Assembly: GCF_964355755.1 (NCBI RefSeq)
Contig: NC_092678.1
Location: 6,340,422-6,404,421 of the forward strand
DNA length: 64,000 bases
Origin: Antedon mediterranea
Taxonomy: Eukaryota > Animalia > Echinodermata
Direction of reading: 5' to 3'
Shown: piece after piece, positions 24,261 to 37,212 of the stretch
How positions within the stretch are numbered: the first letter of the stretch is position 1
Layout: the number at the start of each line of letters is the position of its first letter
The notes under the pieces: generated by a model
Told to the model about the DNA's origin: nothing
Seen by the model: only the letters and a program-made list of their open reading frames with translations
Databases searched by the model: none
Translations under genes and position numbers: made by a program

Positions 24261-26624
24261 AGCTCAGAGGATGAGCATCTTTGTCATTTGACCCCTGATA
24301 TCCTAGAGTCTCTGATGTTGTCTTGACTACGCAGCCACCGTTCAGAAGCTCTTTCAACTTAATATAATTGCATAACAAATACCACGTAGTGATGTTCTTA
24401 AAGTGACCAGGTTTCACCTGTTGAAAACAATTGCTCATCTGCACTTCCTGTACAGGTATAATAAAAATCATGTGTTATGTTTTCGTCACCGTTATGAATA
24501 AGCAAAGGAAATGTTTGTTTATGCGCTGTTGCCGTGTGATGCGGCATCCATAGAATGTGAAAGTTGAAGTTTGTTTTCTTGTTTGAGTGTAATACTCGAA
24601 ATACATGACGTGTTTCATAACTAAAATTTATCAACAACATTTCCACTCTATTTATACAATACAAGAATGTTCCTTAGTATAATATTTATTTTCACCTATC
24701 GTCACCTTGTTGGAAATTCCTGTAAACCTGAAAAAACAGAATTTAAACAATAATAAACCAGGCTGATTCAGGAAGAAGCCATAGGGTTGTTGCGTACTGT
24801 GTACAAACTTGAAATTGTGGAGGGGGGGGGGGAGACGGGGCGAATGGCAAAAGGCTTCCTACATTTTTTCAGAGTTTCATCAGATAATCTGTATTGTTTT
24901 GACAATTCTTTTAACATGACCACTATGCTGATTTTGCCATTTGCCCCCTAACTGGTGACTACTTTATAAAATAATTAAATGTGCACCTTAAAAATAGTAA
25001 AATCACCCTTGAATTGAACCCCTTGGGGCCTCTGTTCCCTGGTCTAAGTCAACAATTATTAACACCTATGTTCAGAAATCATGGATCAAAACCAAATTGT
25101 TTAATTAACCATACAGTAATATGATAATAATAATAATACCTATTTGTGAATAAATTTGATTATTAAGATCCAAAACGGTTGGAACTAGCCAAAATGGATG
25201 AATTTGCATTTTTACAATTCAAATAAAAATATGTTCCAGCAGATTTTTCCAGAACTTTTTAAACTAGCCAATGCGGTAGTTACTTTGACTAAAAAAGTTT
25301 AGCATTGTGCTTTACTATTGATATAAATAGATGTGAAACAACATGGCATTTTTAACTGTAGTTGGTGACATTTGTTGTCAATGTTGTTGAATATATCAAT
25401 TGCTCACAGTTGTATGCATACATTCACTGTCAAGACATTTCCAAATACTCACTATCAAAGCATGAATCTTTCAACACATATATTTATCAACAGATCTCAG
25501 CTGATAAACAACACAAACCTAAAGTCATCACAGTGCAGGCCTTCCAGCTGTCTGGATTAGATAGAGATTATCCATGTTCTCACCTCAACTGTTTTCCACA
25601 CGGAATCTTATATCTTTCAACATAACCATAAATGGTCATAACAATATCCTAATGGAAACCATTTATCATATTTGTCAGTAGTTCAATATTGTAAAAATCC
25701 TATATTACATCGGATTATCCTATTATGGTCATATGCTTTCCATATTTGGTAATCAAGTTTGTCCATATTTGGTAATTAGGTTTTGATGAATCATTTTGAT
25801 TGGTTTTTGATTACTTGAATGAAATAACTGCTGTGACAAATAGTGTGATTTGTAGCTACCATTATCAGTTGGCACTGTGTTCTGAATAGTTATGTTTTAT
25901 CCTATGATTAAAGTTAAACAAATCATTCTTAATACGTTACAACTAATTTACTATTCAGAAACACACCATTTCTAAACATTTTCCAAATCTAGAAAACTAT
26001 TTTAAAATTGTTTATATTGAAAATGACCTTGCAATATTAAAATACCTGTATCTTTTACACACAAAAAACTGTACTTTGATAGAGTTGTACAAATCATACC
26101 TATGTCTATTCCATGCTCAATTAATCGGTAATTGCCGCCACTTTGATACTCGCAGTATTGCACAAGTTACATGCTTCAATGGATTTTAGTCTAGGTTGCT
26201 TCACGCCATAAGTAGACTCTTTCTTTATGATAAATTTTTAATGACACAATAATATTAATAATAATAATGATCATTGTATTCATAATTTATCAAAATTAGA
26301 TTAGATGATGCATAATAATTAGATGGTATATTTTTGTTTATTTGTAAACTGATTTAATAATGTGGTAGGCTTACGGTCATCTTGTACAGTAGTATACAAC
26401 AGCCATGTCAATGTGCCACATCAGGTCATAAAGACTAGAGTGGGCCTTGCCATATGTGTATTATGTGTGCAACGTGACTCTACAGCTCACTTATGTCGGT
26501 TGGTTGGTAAACACTAACTTGAGCACACGACTGCAGTCATGTATGGCCTTGTTAAATGCTGTTTAACAATCATAATAGGAAGCAAATTCTGAAGACTGAA
26601 GAGACTTGACTGATGATATATGTA

Positions 26625-26850
26625 CTTCTTCTTCCAGATTTGGCAGTCAACTGCAGGACATCCCTCCTCCAAAGCTCTCCATTTACTTCTCTCTTTTGCT
26701 ATTATCAACTATTGTTTTTATATTTCCTCAGGTCATCTCTCCATCTCATTTTGGGTTTGCCTCTTTTCTTTTCCCTATATCCGGGTTGCCAAACCGTATT
26801 CCTGATTGTCCAGCTTTTGTCATGGAGTTTTGCAACTGTCCTCCCCACCT
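26625..26850 (-). mobile_element. 5'-truncated RTE-clade LINE 3' end (pseudogenised RT C-terminus)
   Basis: Manual translation with frameshifts gives RWGG/VAKLHDKSWTIRNTVWQPGYREKKRGKPKMRWRDDLRKYKNNS*/IAKERSKWRALEEG. This fits the RTE pattern RWxGHVAR..W..W.P..KRxRGRP..RW.DD..A.DR..WR. A GAAGAAGAAG tail follows. Confidence 0.85.
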
Positions 26851-26919
26851 ATGTACTACTTTCATTTAAATATTTACTATAAATAACATCTAATAATGTC
26901 TTATATTTAAAAAGTGTTA

Positions 26920-28173
26920 TGTGGACATCATAGTCACTACTATATTTGGGCATGTCACCACCATATTTGGGCACATCACACTGTTTTGTCAAACTAGTTT
27001 GATAGTGTGGACAGAGCTTAATACAAATGTTTCTAAGCACTTAACATACTATATTTGGGCATGTCACCACCATATTTGGGCACATCACACTGTTTTGTCA
27101 AACTAGTTTGATAGTGTGGACAGAGCTTAATACAAATGTTTCTAAGGGCCTGTTTCTGCTGAGCAGAAATAATCGATTATTAACCGTTTATTTTTTTAAT
27201 CGATTATTTTTGGGCAGCAGAAACGGCGCAAAATAAAATAACCGATTAAAAATAACCGATTAAAAACACTCAATCCATTGCGTGTTTTAATCGATTATTT
27301 CTTGTTTTAACCGATTATTGCGGAGCAGTTTTGAGCTGCAACACAAATAGCGATTATTGACCTCACTTTGACCTCTAGAGTATGACAAACTTCACTTCAC
27401 AAAGCATGCTGTTTATTTGCGCGATATCGACGACGATCAGCAAAACCACGATCGGGATGTAGACCGAATAACAATCAAATGTTAAACATTTGATTTTTAT
27501 TATTTTGTGGGGGAGAATTATACCGAGAGACCCGTTACATACCACCAGTCCAGGCTAACGATGTTTTACATGTCATTTTTTAGGCCTGTTGTCTGTTGAC
27601 TTGTTTCGGTAGAAATATATAGCCTATAGGCCTTAGCAGGCCGAAGGTAGAACCAACGAACGGCGAAACGAACTTTTTTCGCCGACGTGTCCTTATTAAT
27701 ATAACATCATTATTCTGTTGTATGTGGTACGGTAGTAGGCCTAGATGTTTATTTTACAAATAATATAGCTTTAGGTAAGAGTAATTTTTAATCCTACATG
27801 TGAGAGCATAGAGATATTATATGGTGAGAGTTTTAGGCAGCGATAGGAAGGATGTAAACAAACCAACTCTCATCGGCCTTTCATAACTTGAACTGCGCTG
27901 TGGGTGGAATGATGACGTGATTTTAAAAACCGATTACCTGAATAACCGATTAAAGTCGTAGCAATTTTCAATTGCAACGCGATTATTTTTGTGGTTTGCG
28001 GTGACTGGAAAAAATCGATTATTTTGATTTTTTCAGCAGAAACAGACCCTAAGCACTTAACATACTATATTTGGGCATGTCACCACCATATTTGGGCACA
28101 TCACACTGTTTTGTCAAACTAGTTTGATAGTGTGGACAGAGATTAATACAAATGTTTCTAAGCACTTAACATA
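26920..28173 (+). repeat. Three ~110-bp tandem units containing the right half of MITE A, interrupted by a transposon
   Basis: TACTATATTTGGGCATGTCACC...GTGTGGACAGAG(C/A)TTAATACAAATGTTTCTAAG occurs at ~26937, ~27047 and ~28063. Confidence 0.9.
27146..28049. mobile_element. 904-bp non-autonomous PIF/Harbinger-like transposon
   Basis: TIR GGG(C/T)CTGTTTCTGCTGA (16/17). TAA duplication. Empty site TTTCTAAGCAC is visible in the neighbouring tandem units. Many AA(C/T)CGATTA subterminal repeats. Confidence 0.95.
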
Positions 28174-28420
28174 CAATAGGTAAGGGTCATGAAATACTCT
28201 AAAAATTACCACAACAAAATTTAAAAATAAAAAGCATTTTCATTACTTTGTAGTTTGTTTTTAAATACAATATTTAATACTTTAACAGCCAATTCCCTTA
28301 AATTATATTACTACTGTATTTACTTTCTCTGACATTTCAATGTTGTTTTTTATTTATGTACAGCAACTGGTGATGATAAAATGTAATGGCGAATTTACAG
28401 TCTGAATGTATTGCGTTAGC

Positions 28421-28600
28421 TGTCAACTCGTGTGCACTTTAAAGAACCTAGTACATCTTTCGAGACGAGTAGGGGGTTACCCCGGTGTATTAGTACATCA
28501 CAGCCACTGATCACCAACTGGGCCCTCTGGGAGATCAGTCTTTGACTGAAGAGGTCACCCAGTATAAAGATAAAACAAACAAACAAACAAACAAACAAAC
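28421..28600 (+). mobile_element. 5'-truncated Deu/Nin-like SINE with (AAAC)n tail
   Basis: GTGCACTTTAAAGAACCTAGTACATCTTTCGAGACGAGTAGGGGGTTACCCCGGTG resembles the DeuSINE core as I recall it. Ends in (AAAC)n. Confidence 0.75.
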
Positions 28601-28629
28601 TTCCGATACAATTTGATTCTTAAAACTAA

Positions 28630-28750
28630 AGATCCGTCTACACTATCAAACTTTATGACCAAAAAATGTGATATGCCCATGGACACAATGATGTCATATC
28701 ACTACCATATTTGGGCACATCACAATTTTTTGGTCAAACTAGTTTTATTA
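28630..28750 (+). mobile_element. MITE family A copy, degenerate
   Basis: GTCTACACTATCAAACTTTATG ... GTCAAACTAGTTT. Confidence 0.8.
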
Positions 28751-29274
28751 ATGTACCCCTAAAATGCTTCCAAATTATAGATGAAACAATACTGTACTGT
28801 AAAAACTGAAGTTGTTTTAGAATATAAAGATCAAAGTGTCATTCAACTCCATTGCTTTATCATTTTCTAGACTATTATTTCTATCATCAAACAATGTACA
28901 TTAACCTCTAGGGGCAGTTGAGTTAAAGAAACCGAAAATCAAATGTAGGTTTTGTTATACAAAACAAATATTGAGTTTATTTTACTGTAGGTTTTTTTTT
29001 ATTTAATAGTTTTCATTGCTTTGTGGTTCACAATAGATTTCCTGTGGGTAGGGTTATAATTGAATAACTTTACAATACTTTGCAACTTCTGGTCGACTGT
29101 TTCTGATCTTCTGACATTAATGTGTGAGAAGCCATTTAAGGTGAATAATCACCATGGTGATGTAAACTAAACATTGGTAAATAATGTTATAAATATAATG
29201 TGGATTTTTTCAGGTTGATAAAAGGTAAAAATGTGTTTTGTTTTTAATGTAATTTTGCAATGTGTTTTTTAATA

Positions 29275-29488
29275 GGGACCATTTCAAAATTATTCTGCTG
29301 CAGTTACTGCAGTAATATTTTGTTTACTCTTTAACCTGTTTAAATACAATTATTTAGCAAGCTTTTTTGAGCAGTGACTGTATCATAAACTTACTACGTA
29401 ATTCACAATTGAAATCATGTTATTTCTGTTTAAAAAAATAAATACTTCAGTAACTGCAGTAGAATTATTTTGACATGATTGAGATTCC
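29275..29488. mobile_element. MITE family C
   Basis: Inverted ends GGGACCATTTCAAAATTATTCTGCTGCAGTTACTGCAGTA / TACTTCAGTAACTGCAGTAGAATTATTTTGACATG. Related ends at ~1840-1878, ~52712-52890 and ~61050-61120. Confidence 0.7.
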
Positions 29489-31035
29489 TTATATATTAAA
29501 AAAAAAAAATCATGCAGAAAAACAATGGTTGTATTTGGCAACTGCAAGTATTATGCTTCGCACATTTATCACCATAGGAATTAGGAAATTCATACTCATC
29601 ATAGTAGTAATAAAAATAAATGACAATCTATAAAATAAAGTTGTCTAATAATATAAACAAACAACCAGCAGCATAATAGAAATACATACAATTTAATTCA
29701 TACATATACTTTAATTATCATAAATGTTTTATTGCTAATATTAACAACAATTCAAAGTTCAATAAACTATAATAACATAGCATGTATGTTTAGTTTACTA
29801 CTACTAGTTAGTAGTGAGTTGAAAGAAAGGTTATGCAATGTTCTTGATGATGTTGTAAATATCTCATCTCATAATGAATGTAATAGTACCAGTTGATATT
29901 ATTAATCTCTTCATTCAATACATCAAAACATAGGAAAACCACCAGAATCAAAGTAAACTATGACAAAGGGATTATTCCAGGATAGGTGTTATTGTTCAAT
30001 GTACTAATTGATAACTTCCCTTCATGTGGCTAGGTAGGTAGGTAGGTAGGTGTCAATCACACTATCAATTGTTCAATCAATTAATCTGACAAAATAATCT
30101 GCTGTACTGGTTGGTCTAATTGGTCAATCAATTATTCTACCAACAATCTACCAATTGTCAAAACCAAGCTACAGTGTTCTACCATGGAAATTTCCTCAAA
30201 CAATGCTAGCCTTTGTTCTTCATGACATGCTGCTAGACTACGCAGCTGTCAAGTCGCAAAGTCATTCTGTGCACGCTCAAAAACATGTTGTGGGCATGTG
30301 CAGAATGCCTGTTAGACGCAATAGCTATGTAGTCTAATCACAGGTTGTTTAAAACGGGAAGAAACTGGAAACCTAAATAAGTATTAATTCATTAGTCCTA
30401 TTTGAAATTGGGAAATTTTTTTTTCATACATAAGTTGGGTACTCCTTATTGCTGACCTACTTCCTAATATAACTTAACTAGCCCTCTAGTAATCTCACTA
30501 TAAAGTACAAAGAAGATTCGAACCCTATACACAAGTCCATAGTCTAATACATTCAACAACGAATTAGCGAATTGTAGTCCGTTCAATTCTTACGTCACAC
30601 CTTATAGATGTGACTATGTAATGAATTATTCATGTTTACTTTGTGATGTTTCATGAGTGGTCCCCAATTTAAGCACGAAAAGAAATATCGCATCTAGGAG
30701 TGACCGATTTTGGGAAAGTTGACTTGGTAATAGTAGAGGCCAAATGTTATATGGTGTTTTCCCTATATTTTGTGCAACTTCAGTAAAGACTGTTTCTAAT
30801 CAATTGCCAATAAGAAAGTTCCTGAACTCAATTGTAGTATTCAATAAGCTTATAGGAGAGGATGTCCGCACTTCTTCACCTCTTGAAATTCAAAAACATG
30901 TTTTCTGGAGGAAATACTTTGAGGCATTTCTTTAATAAAGCAACAGATAATTATTTCCAAATGTTTCTATCAAATGATATAAAAAACAGTGCATTGTGAA
31001 TTATGTAATCGCATAGAGATAGAGATAATGTGTTA

Positions 31036-31193
31036 AGCTCTGTCTACACTATCAAACCACTTTGAAAAAAAAAGTGTGATGTGCCCAAATATGGTAGTGA
31101 TATGCTTTAAATGGTAGTGATATGACATTACCATGTCCATGTATGAGCTCATCACATTTTTTGTCATATAAAGTTTGATAGTGTAGACTACCT
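31036..31193 (-). mobile_element. MITE family A copy, reverse orientation
   Basis: Both TIRs present; internal AAATATGGTAGTGATATG units. Confidence 0.85.
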
Positions 31194-31922
31194 TAAACTA
31201 GAAGTAAGAGAGTAAAAAACAATCACAGCTTAAAAACCAAGCTACCATTCAAAGAATACATTGTGTATTATGTTATTCATAGAGGTATTAATCTACTGGA
31301 ATAAGTGTCCCCTAAATAGGCGTTGGCCTTAGAGATGAAACAGCAAAATATAAAACAAACGACCAAAAACTGATTTCTGTTGCTAATGTTTATCAAAATC
31401 CCCGCCTATTAACAAATAGCTCTAAAAAAAATGGACAGGAATATCACTTAAAATTCTTGTCAGTCTTCAACATTCAATAACCTGGCCATAGCATACTATG
31501 TTTGAAATGTCCTGTATTTAATTTGATGTGCAGCTTATAAGCTCAGATGATTTATATTCACTTGGCTTGAGAGACAATCTCCTCCATCATGTTTTATTAA
31601 TAACTTTTGGCCTAGCGTTTCAGCTACATGTACAGATTATCTCAAGTTCAGAAAGTGAAGTTCTACGTGAAAAACTTTTAATAAAAAAATATATTCATTG
31701 AATGATAGATATGTTGGAATGCGCTTTATTGACAAAGAATGCTTATTGAAAATACATCGCATTCAGTAGGATTATGGACGAATGTTTTTAAGGATAGACT
31801 AATACTAATAGTAATTTTTATCTATTAAAATCATTTAGTAATATTAACAAGTAAACGTTTCAATCCAATTCACATGTATAGGGTGCGGACACCTCCAGTG
31901 GTTACCAGATACTTCCTTCTAA

Positions 31923-32081
31923 AGCTCTGTCTACACTATCAAAATTTATGTGACAAAAAAATGTGATGTGCTTATATTGACATGATGATGTGATATCACT
32001 ACCATATTTAAGCATATCACTACCATATTTGGGCACATCACACTTTTTTTGTCAAATTAGTTTGATATTGTAGACAGAGCT
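31923..32081 (+). mobile_element. MITE family A copy, full length
   Basis: TAA|AGCTCTGTCTACACTATCAAA ... TTTGATATTGTAGACAGAGCT|TTA. Confidence 0.9.
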
Positions 32082-32457
32082 TTATATAGCGAAAAGAGTT
32101 AGTCTGGGCTCCAGACGGAGTTTTTTCTTAATATTAGTAAAAATATGAATATTTTTGCACATATGGCGTTTCATACGTGTATTACTTGAGTTTGGATACT
32201 CCGTCTGGGGAAACACGCAAAAGTCACGTGGTTTGACACCAAGAATTCTTGGTGCATAGATTATCCGGTTGAATAGTTTCAGCTGCATGCGATTGGCTAC
32301 TCACTCGTACACCGTTTTAATATTCATATTTCAGAATTTCAAAGACTCAACAACTAAGATGGTACGCATGCGCTATGTAACGTTTAGACAATGTGTACTT
32401 GGGTACATTGATGAAAGTTTCTGAAGGCTAGAAAGGATTTGATATGGATCATTTAAT

Positions 32458-32484
32458 CAGGGAGATGTAAATTACATCTCCCTG
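32458..32484. mobile_element. 27-bp palindrome with 7-bp direct repeats (putative P-type footprint)
   Basis: ATTTAAT|CAGGGAGATGTAA-A-TTACATCTCCCTG|ATTTAAT. Confidence 0.7.
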
Positions 32485-32819
32485 ATTTAATATTACGCGG
32501 AGATAATTTGATTTAATTCCCACCCAGACCCTGTCCTGTTCAATTCTGTGTAGTGGTGTATAGCCCTGTCTGTTGTGTGTGAATCCTGTTGTGTGCCGGT
32601 GGTGGTATTATGTAGAATGTAGGCCTACCTTATTGGCGTTTTATTTGGCAGGTCATACGTGCGAGTTGAGTAGGACCTACGAAGGAGGCCTAGGCTAAGG
32701 ACTAAACAATTAATAAACAAAACAACTTGGCAATACGATTTCATATTTTAACAGTCTCGATCGTACATTCAGCACTGTACGTAGGCCTACTCAATCTTTT
32801 TCATTTTTAAACAAAATGA

Positions 32820-32900
32820 TCATTGGTTGATTCGAAATCCATATTTACATACCGCCCGCCCCATATAGCCAAATACGGTATGATAACCTACGTCATTCTT
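32820..32900. promoter_or_regulatory. Candidate promoter motif cluster
   Basis: ATTGG (CCAAT) at 32822, tandem GC box CCGCCCGCCCC at 32852-32862 and CRE-like TACGTCA at 32889, within a CpG-retaining stretch (~32.1-33.0 kb). Confidence 0.3.
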
Positions 32901-33938
32901 ATCGGATGTTTGCGGTCTGCAAATCGATTTCTATACGTGTTTCACAAGTCTGTATTTTCAGACAAAAATCGCGGTCGAAATAAAAACAAATAAATAAAAA
33001 AAAAAAACAATACAGACTTGGGGCAAGTCTACGAAAAGAGTGTGTGAAGATAGCTTGAATTGGATGATTTGTTTTGTATAGAATAGGTACAGTCAACTGT
33101 ACAAAATACTCAACAAGAATGATCCTTGGAAGTTTATACAACAAACATCATTAGGGAATTCACTCATTGTGGAAATCTTTCCTTATTATATGTGAAGGCC
33201 TCTTGGGCTTTGAATTGAATATTGAATTTGATCTCATTTGGCAGGTAGATGTTCCATTTAAGCTGGCAGCATCCTCTCTGGAGACACGGTACAACAGGCT
33301 AGGTCTGGTTGTATTGTCAAAATGAAATCTACTTTTTGTCAAATTTAAACTGAAGTTGACAATTTATTATTGTATCGTTTTAACGATCAATATTTCTATT
33401 TGTTATACAGAGTACAATTCTTTTCTTTTACAATTAATTGCAGATTCTTTAACTTCATCAGCATTCATCTATAGTCTTTAGAAAGAGTTATTATTTTGAT
33501 CTAACAAAGATTGTTGTTACATGGTAACCATAGCAACATATAGTCTTATAATCTTTAAGAATTGAGACAGATTGTATGGGATGATAAAACATTATCTTAA
33601 AAAGTAGATTATGTAAACAGAACAGTGAGACATTCTCACAAAAGCTAACAATCTGTTATGCAATAAATGTATTAAAGGTATTCTAATTAGTCTATAGTAA
33701 TTAGAACATTGCTAACAGAATTGTGCAAATTTTACTTTAGTACTTCGGTATGCAATATTTCTTCTTAATAATAAAGCAAGCAGATTATTACCTTTGCCAA
33801 GGAGGTTATATTTTCACACCTGTATGTTTTTTAAAATAAGATACATTGCCCAATGGATAGAAATCATATTTCATAGAATATGATTCATAAGAATATAGTT
33901 TTCAGGCAAACTTTCCTAGCCCCTACTACCTCCGCTGA

Positions 33939-34095
33939 AGCTCTGTCTACACTATTATATCAAATCTTTTTGACAAAAACAATGTGTGATGTGCCCAAAT
34001 ATGGTAGTGATTTGACAAAATATGGACATAACGACGTAATACCACTGCCATATTTGGACATATCACTGCCATTAGCAGATAGTGTAGATAGAGCT
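33939..34095 (-). mobile_element. MITE family A copy, reverse orientation
   Basis: AGCTCTGTCTACACTA ... GATAGTGTAGATAGAGCT. Confidence 0.8.
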
Positions 34096-37000
34096 TTATT
34101 TACACTTGTCTTGTGTGTATGCTATTACCATTACTACATTTAGGTTAAAATGTGTAATTGGCAACTGAATGAAAGGTTTTTGGTTGATATTCTGAGATTG
34201 GTTAGTTTCAAGGAATTGGCTCTGACCAATATTCTTATCATTTTATAATGCTCCCATCCTACAGTTTTTTTCCTTTCCATGCAGTTAGTAATTCAATTTG
34301 TATGTAACAATATCCTGGTTTGATCTCCTGGAATTGAAAACAGACAAAAACAACTAAGAGGAGATTCTGTAAATAGACAGTTAATCTAGCATTTCATTAA
34401 CGATTCGTACATTGAACCAGTTTTGAAGAGATTTACAATTACGGTTAATGACTAACGCACACACCCACCCACGGTAAAGATCTGCTAGATTTGTTTTCAT
34501 ATTAAGATTTGCGTATAAAGCATAGCAATTTTCCAGTACATGATTTCACTGACTTTCACCAGGAACTATTTTTTCAATAATGCCTTAATAGTTGTAGAAC
34601 ACCTATGAAACCCTTTAATGAGCATAACCATAATCGTAAAACATATTTATCAATGTTTGTTTGAATTTTCCATTAGGATCCAGGATTAGGTGCGCTAGCA
34701 TTTAATATATTAAAAGTCTAAAAAATATAGTTCATAATTTTATTTTAGCTGACAAAAGGCTAGAGTGTGTTCACCAAGCATTACCCCCTGTATCCTCCCC
34801 TGTTAGCATAGCATTTTTATAAAAGTTAAATTTATCTGACTATATAATAACATTACCTATTGAACGATTATAACAGCAAAATTTAATAGTTTCCATCGAT
34901 ATATTTAATATAAGAAATGCAGTATTAAACATTCTGAATAACAACAGTATTTTGCCATGTGTAGATATGTATATATCGTTTGTTTACAATATTTTCATAG
35001 TCCATAGATTGAGCATTGCTTTCTGATTGGTCAGTAATATGAATATGTTATTGTCTAAAATAGATTTTTATAAATAGGTATCGTAACTAAAAAAATGTAA
35101 TTTATTAGAGTAAAATCTGTAAAAAATGTTAGTGCATTTTAATTTACGGAACACTACTGTACATACATACGGTAATAAAAAAAAAATACTGAAGCCACTA
35201 AAGTATGGCCTGAAAGCTCTGTGGTGCAGAGTATGATTCCTACCTTGATCCCATAGTTTTTTTAGTCATTTGGTAAAAATGTGATTATAATTGATATTTT
35301 TTATCTATCTATCTATCATATTTGATTGAACTTCATGTTATATTTTAAAGAAAAAATAAATAACATTGAAAAAGTTTTTTTCCAAATTCATCTTTCACTT
35401 TGATGTGTAAGGATTCATAGAATCCAATAATTCGTGGGAGGATTTTCCATTAGGCTTGAACAAGCATACTTAATTTCTTTAGGTGCTTGCGATCAATACG
35501 TAACGCAAAATTAATGTCGTTTGAGAATCCATCAGCACTCGTATTCCTTCGTGAAGATTCCAAATTTGCTAATTGCCGAGTGGTTTTTGAGTAATGAGAA
35601 ACTGTCTACAAATTTATCGTTGTCGGTGGTTGAGCGGATAAAATTTCAAAGCAGAGTTTGGCGAAAATATGAATTATAGTAAATGTTTGAAGAGGTATAA
35701 GAATGAGGAGGATAGACTAGAGAAGAAAAGTGTTAGTGGCATATACAAATTATAATATATACAAAAAAAAAAAAAAAAACCAAAGAAAATAAAAATCTAG
35801 GTCAACTAATCCAATACATACGCCCCCAAGCAATAAGATACAAGGCCATCGTGTCGGGTTGCTTACCGTATATTGTACAGAATACGTACGACAATGATAT
35901 CAATGGAATTGTGTCAAAATAAATGCAGAAAAACTATGATTTAATTAACACCTATGTACGACTTTTTATTATTGTGTGCCCATGTTTATTTCAGTTGCTA
36001 TAAGTATGGTTAACTCTGTTCTTTGTTGAAATATACATTATCTGCCTTCGTTTTTATACCTTTCTGGATCATTAAAATTAATGTTATATTAATATATATT
36101 AGCGCTTTGTACTGTACAGAAAATAATTAACATCAAATGTTAGAAATGAAGAAAAACGAAATGTTTTCATGTGTTGAAAAGATCTCAATTGTGTCGCAGT
36201 TTAAATTCACTATTGCTGTAAACATATTCTTGATATGGGCATGACAAAATACAAATATATGTTATTTAAAATTTAAACTGAACAGGAAAATGTTAATTGT
36301 CATGCCCCGAGAAATGTTGCCGTGTTGAACGTTTCACGTCAACCATTACAGTTTATGCGATCAAATCATGTTTTGAAAACCGATGTGTGATATACAGCAT
36401 GTTCTTTGTATACTATACTAATACTTTATTGTTAGTGACAATCCTAACAGTGTTTGTAACGAGTAACACCATCATCAACATTCAAATAGTGTCTTTGATG
36501 TCAACCGTGCAATCATCGCAGCAGATGCTACGTGATTTTTCTCATGCTGTTTTTGACGACGATACAAAGTCACGGTACTGCTTGATGAGAGCGTTGATTA
36601 ACACAATTAGTGAAGATGTGCCGGTAGATAAAATCAGCAAACAACTAGATTGTTATTTTTTTTCTCTAGTTTAAAGTTGACCGGTGAATGCATTAGTTTA
36701 TGTAGGACGAAGATCCATATATGCTTTAAGTTAATTATTGTGAGTTAATTATTCATATTATGGATGATAGATTTGTTTTCCATTTCTAATCTTATGCATA
36801 TTTTATAAAGCATGTTGCTAATTTGCTATGTTAATATGTTAATATAATGAACTGGCAGTAAGTGCTGGTGTATTCAGTCAAAGTTTAATTAACAGCTTCT
36901 CCACCTAGTACCAGTTGCACCTCTATTAAAGGGACACCCAACAAAGTATACCCTTGATAGAGGCTGGCCTTAAATATATATTCCCTTTAACTAACTCTTT

Positions 37001-37155
37001 GATCATATTCAAAACCAGTTGATTTTTAATCAACATTTTTAATCATATTCCCTTTAATAGGTGTGTCTTCTTGGAGTTGTCCCAAATTTTAATATTTTAT
37101 TGCAGATTTGCTCATATAATTGTATAACTGTAGTTTAGTGTAACACACAGGTACT

Positions 37156-37212
37156 GTTATAGCATGGCGAGAAGTCCATGGTTATAGCATGGCGAGAAGT
37201 CCATGGTTATAA
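37156..37212. repeat. 25-bp tandem duplication of an 18-bp CATGG..CCATG unit plus 7-bp spacer
   Basis: GTTATAG|CATGGCGAGAAGTCCATG|GTTATAG|CATGGCGAGAAGTCCATG|GTTATAA. Confidence 0.85.

Noticed and set aside
30234-30336. Possible Academ-like MITE (TAGACTAC..GTAGTCTA); similar TAGTCT..CAGAC ends at 32100 and 60801
   Set aside because: Short imperfect ends with no TSD; not supportable beyond suspicion.
35535-35625. Minus-strand FVDSFSLL..FG resembling a Polinton polymerase motif
   Set aside because: Short frame bounded by stops with no other polymerase motifs nearby.
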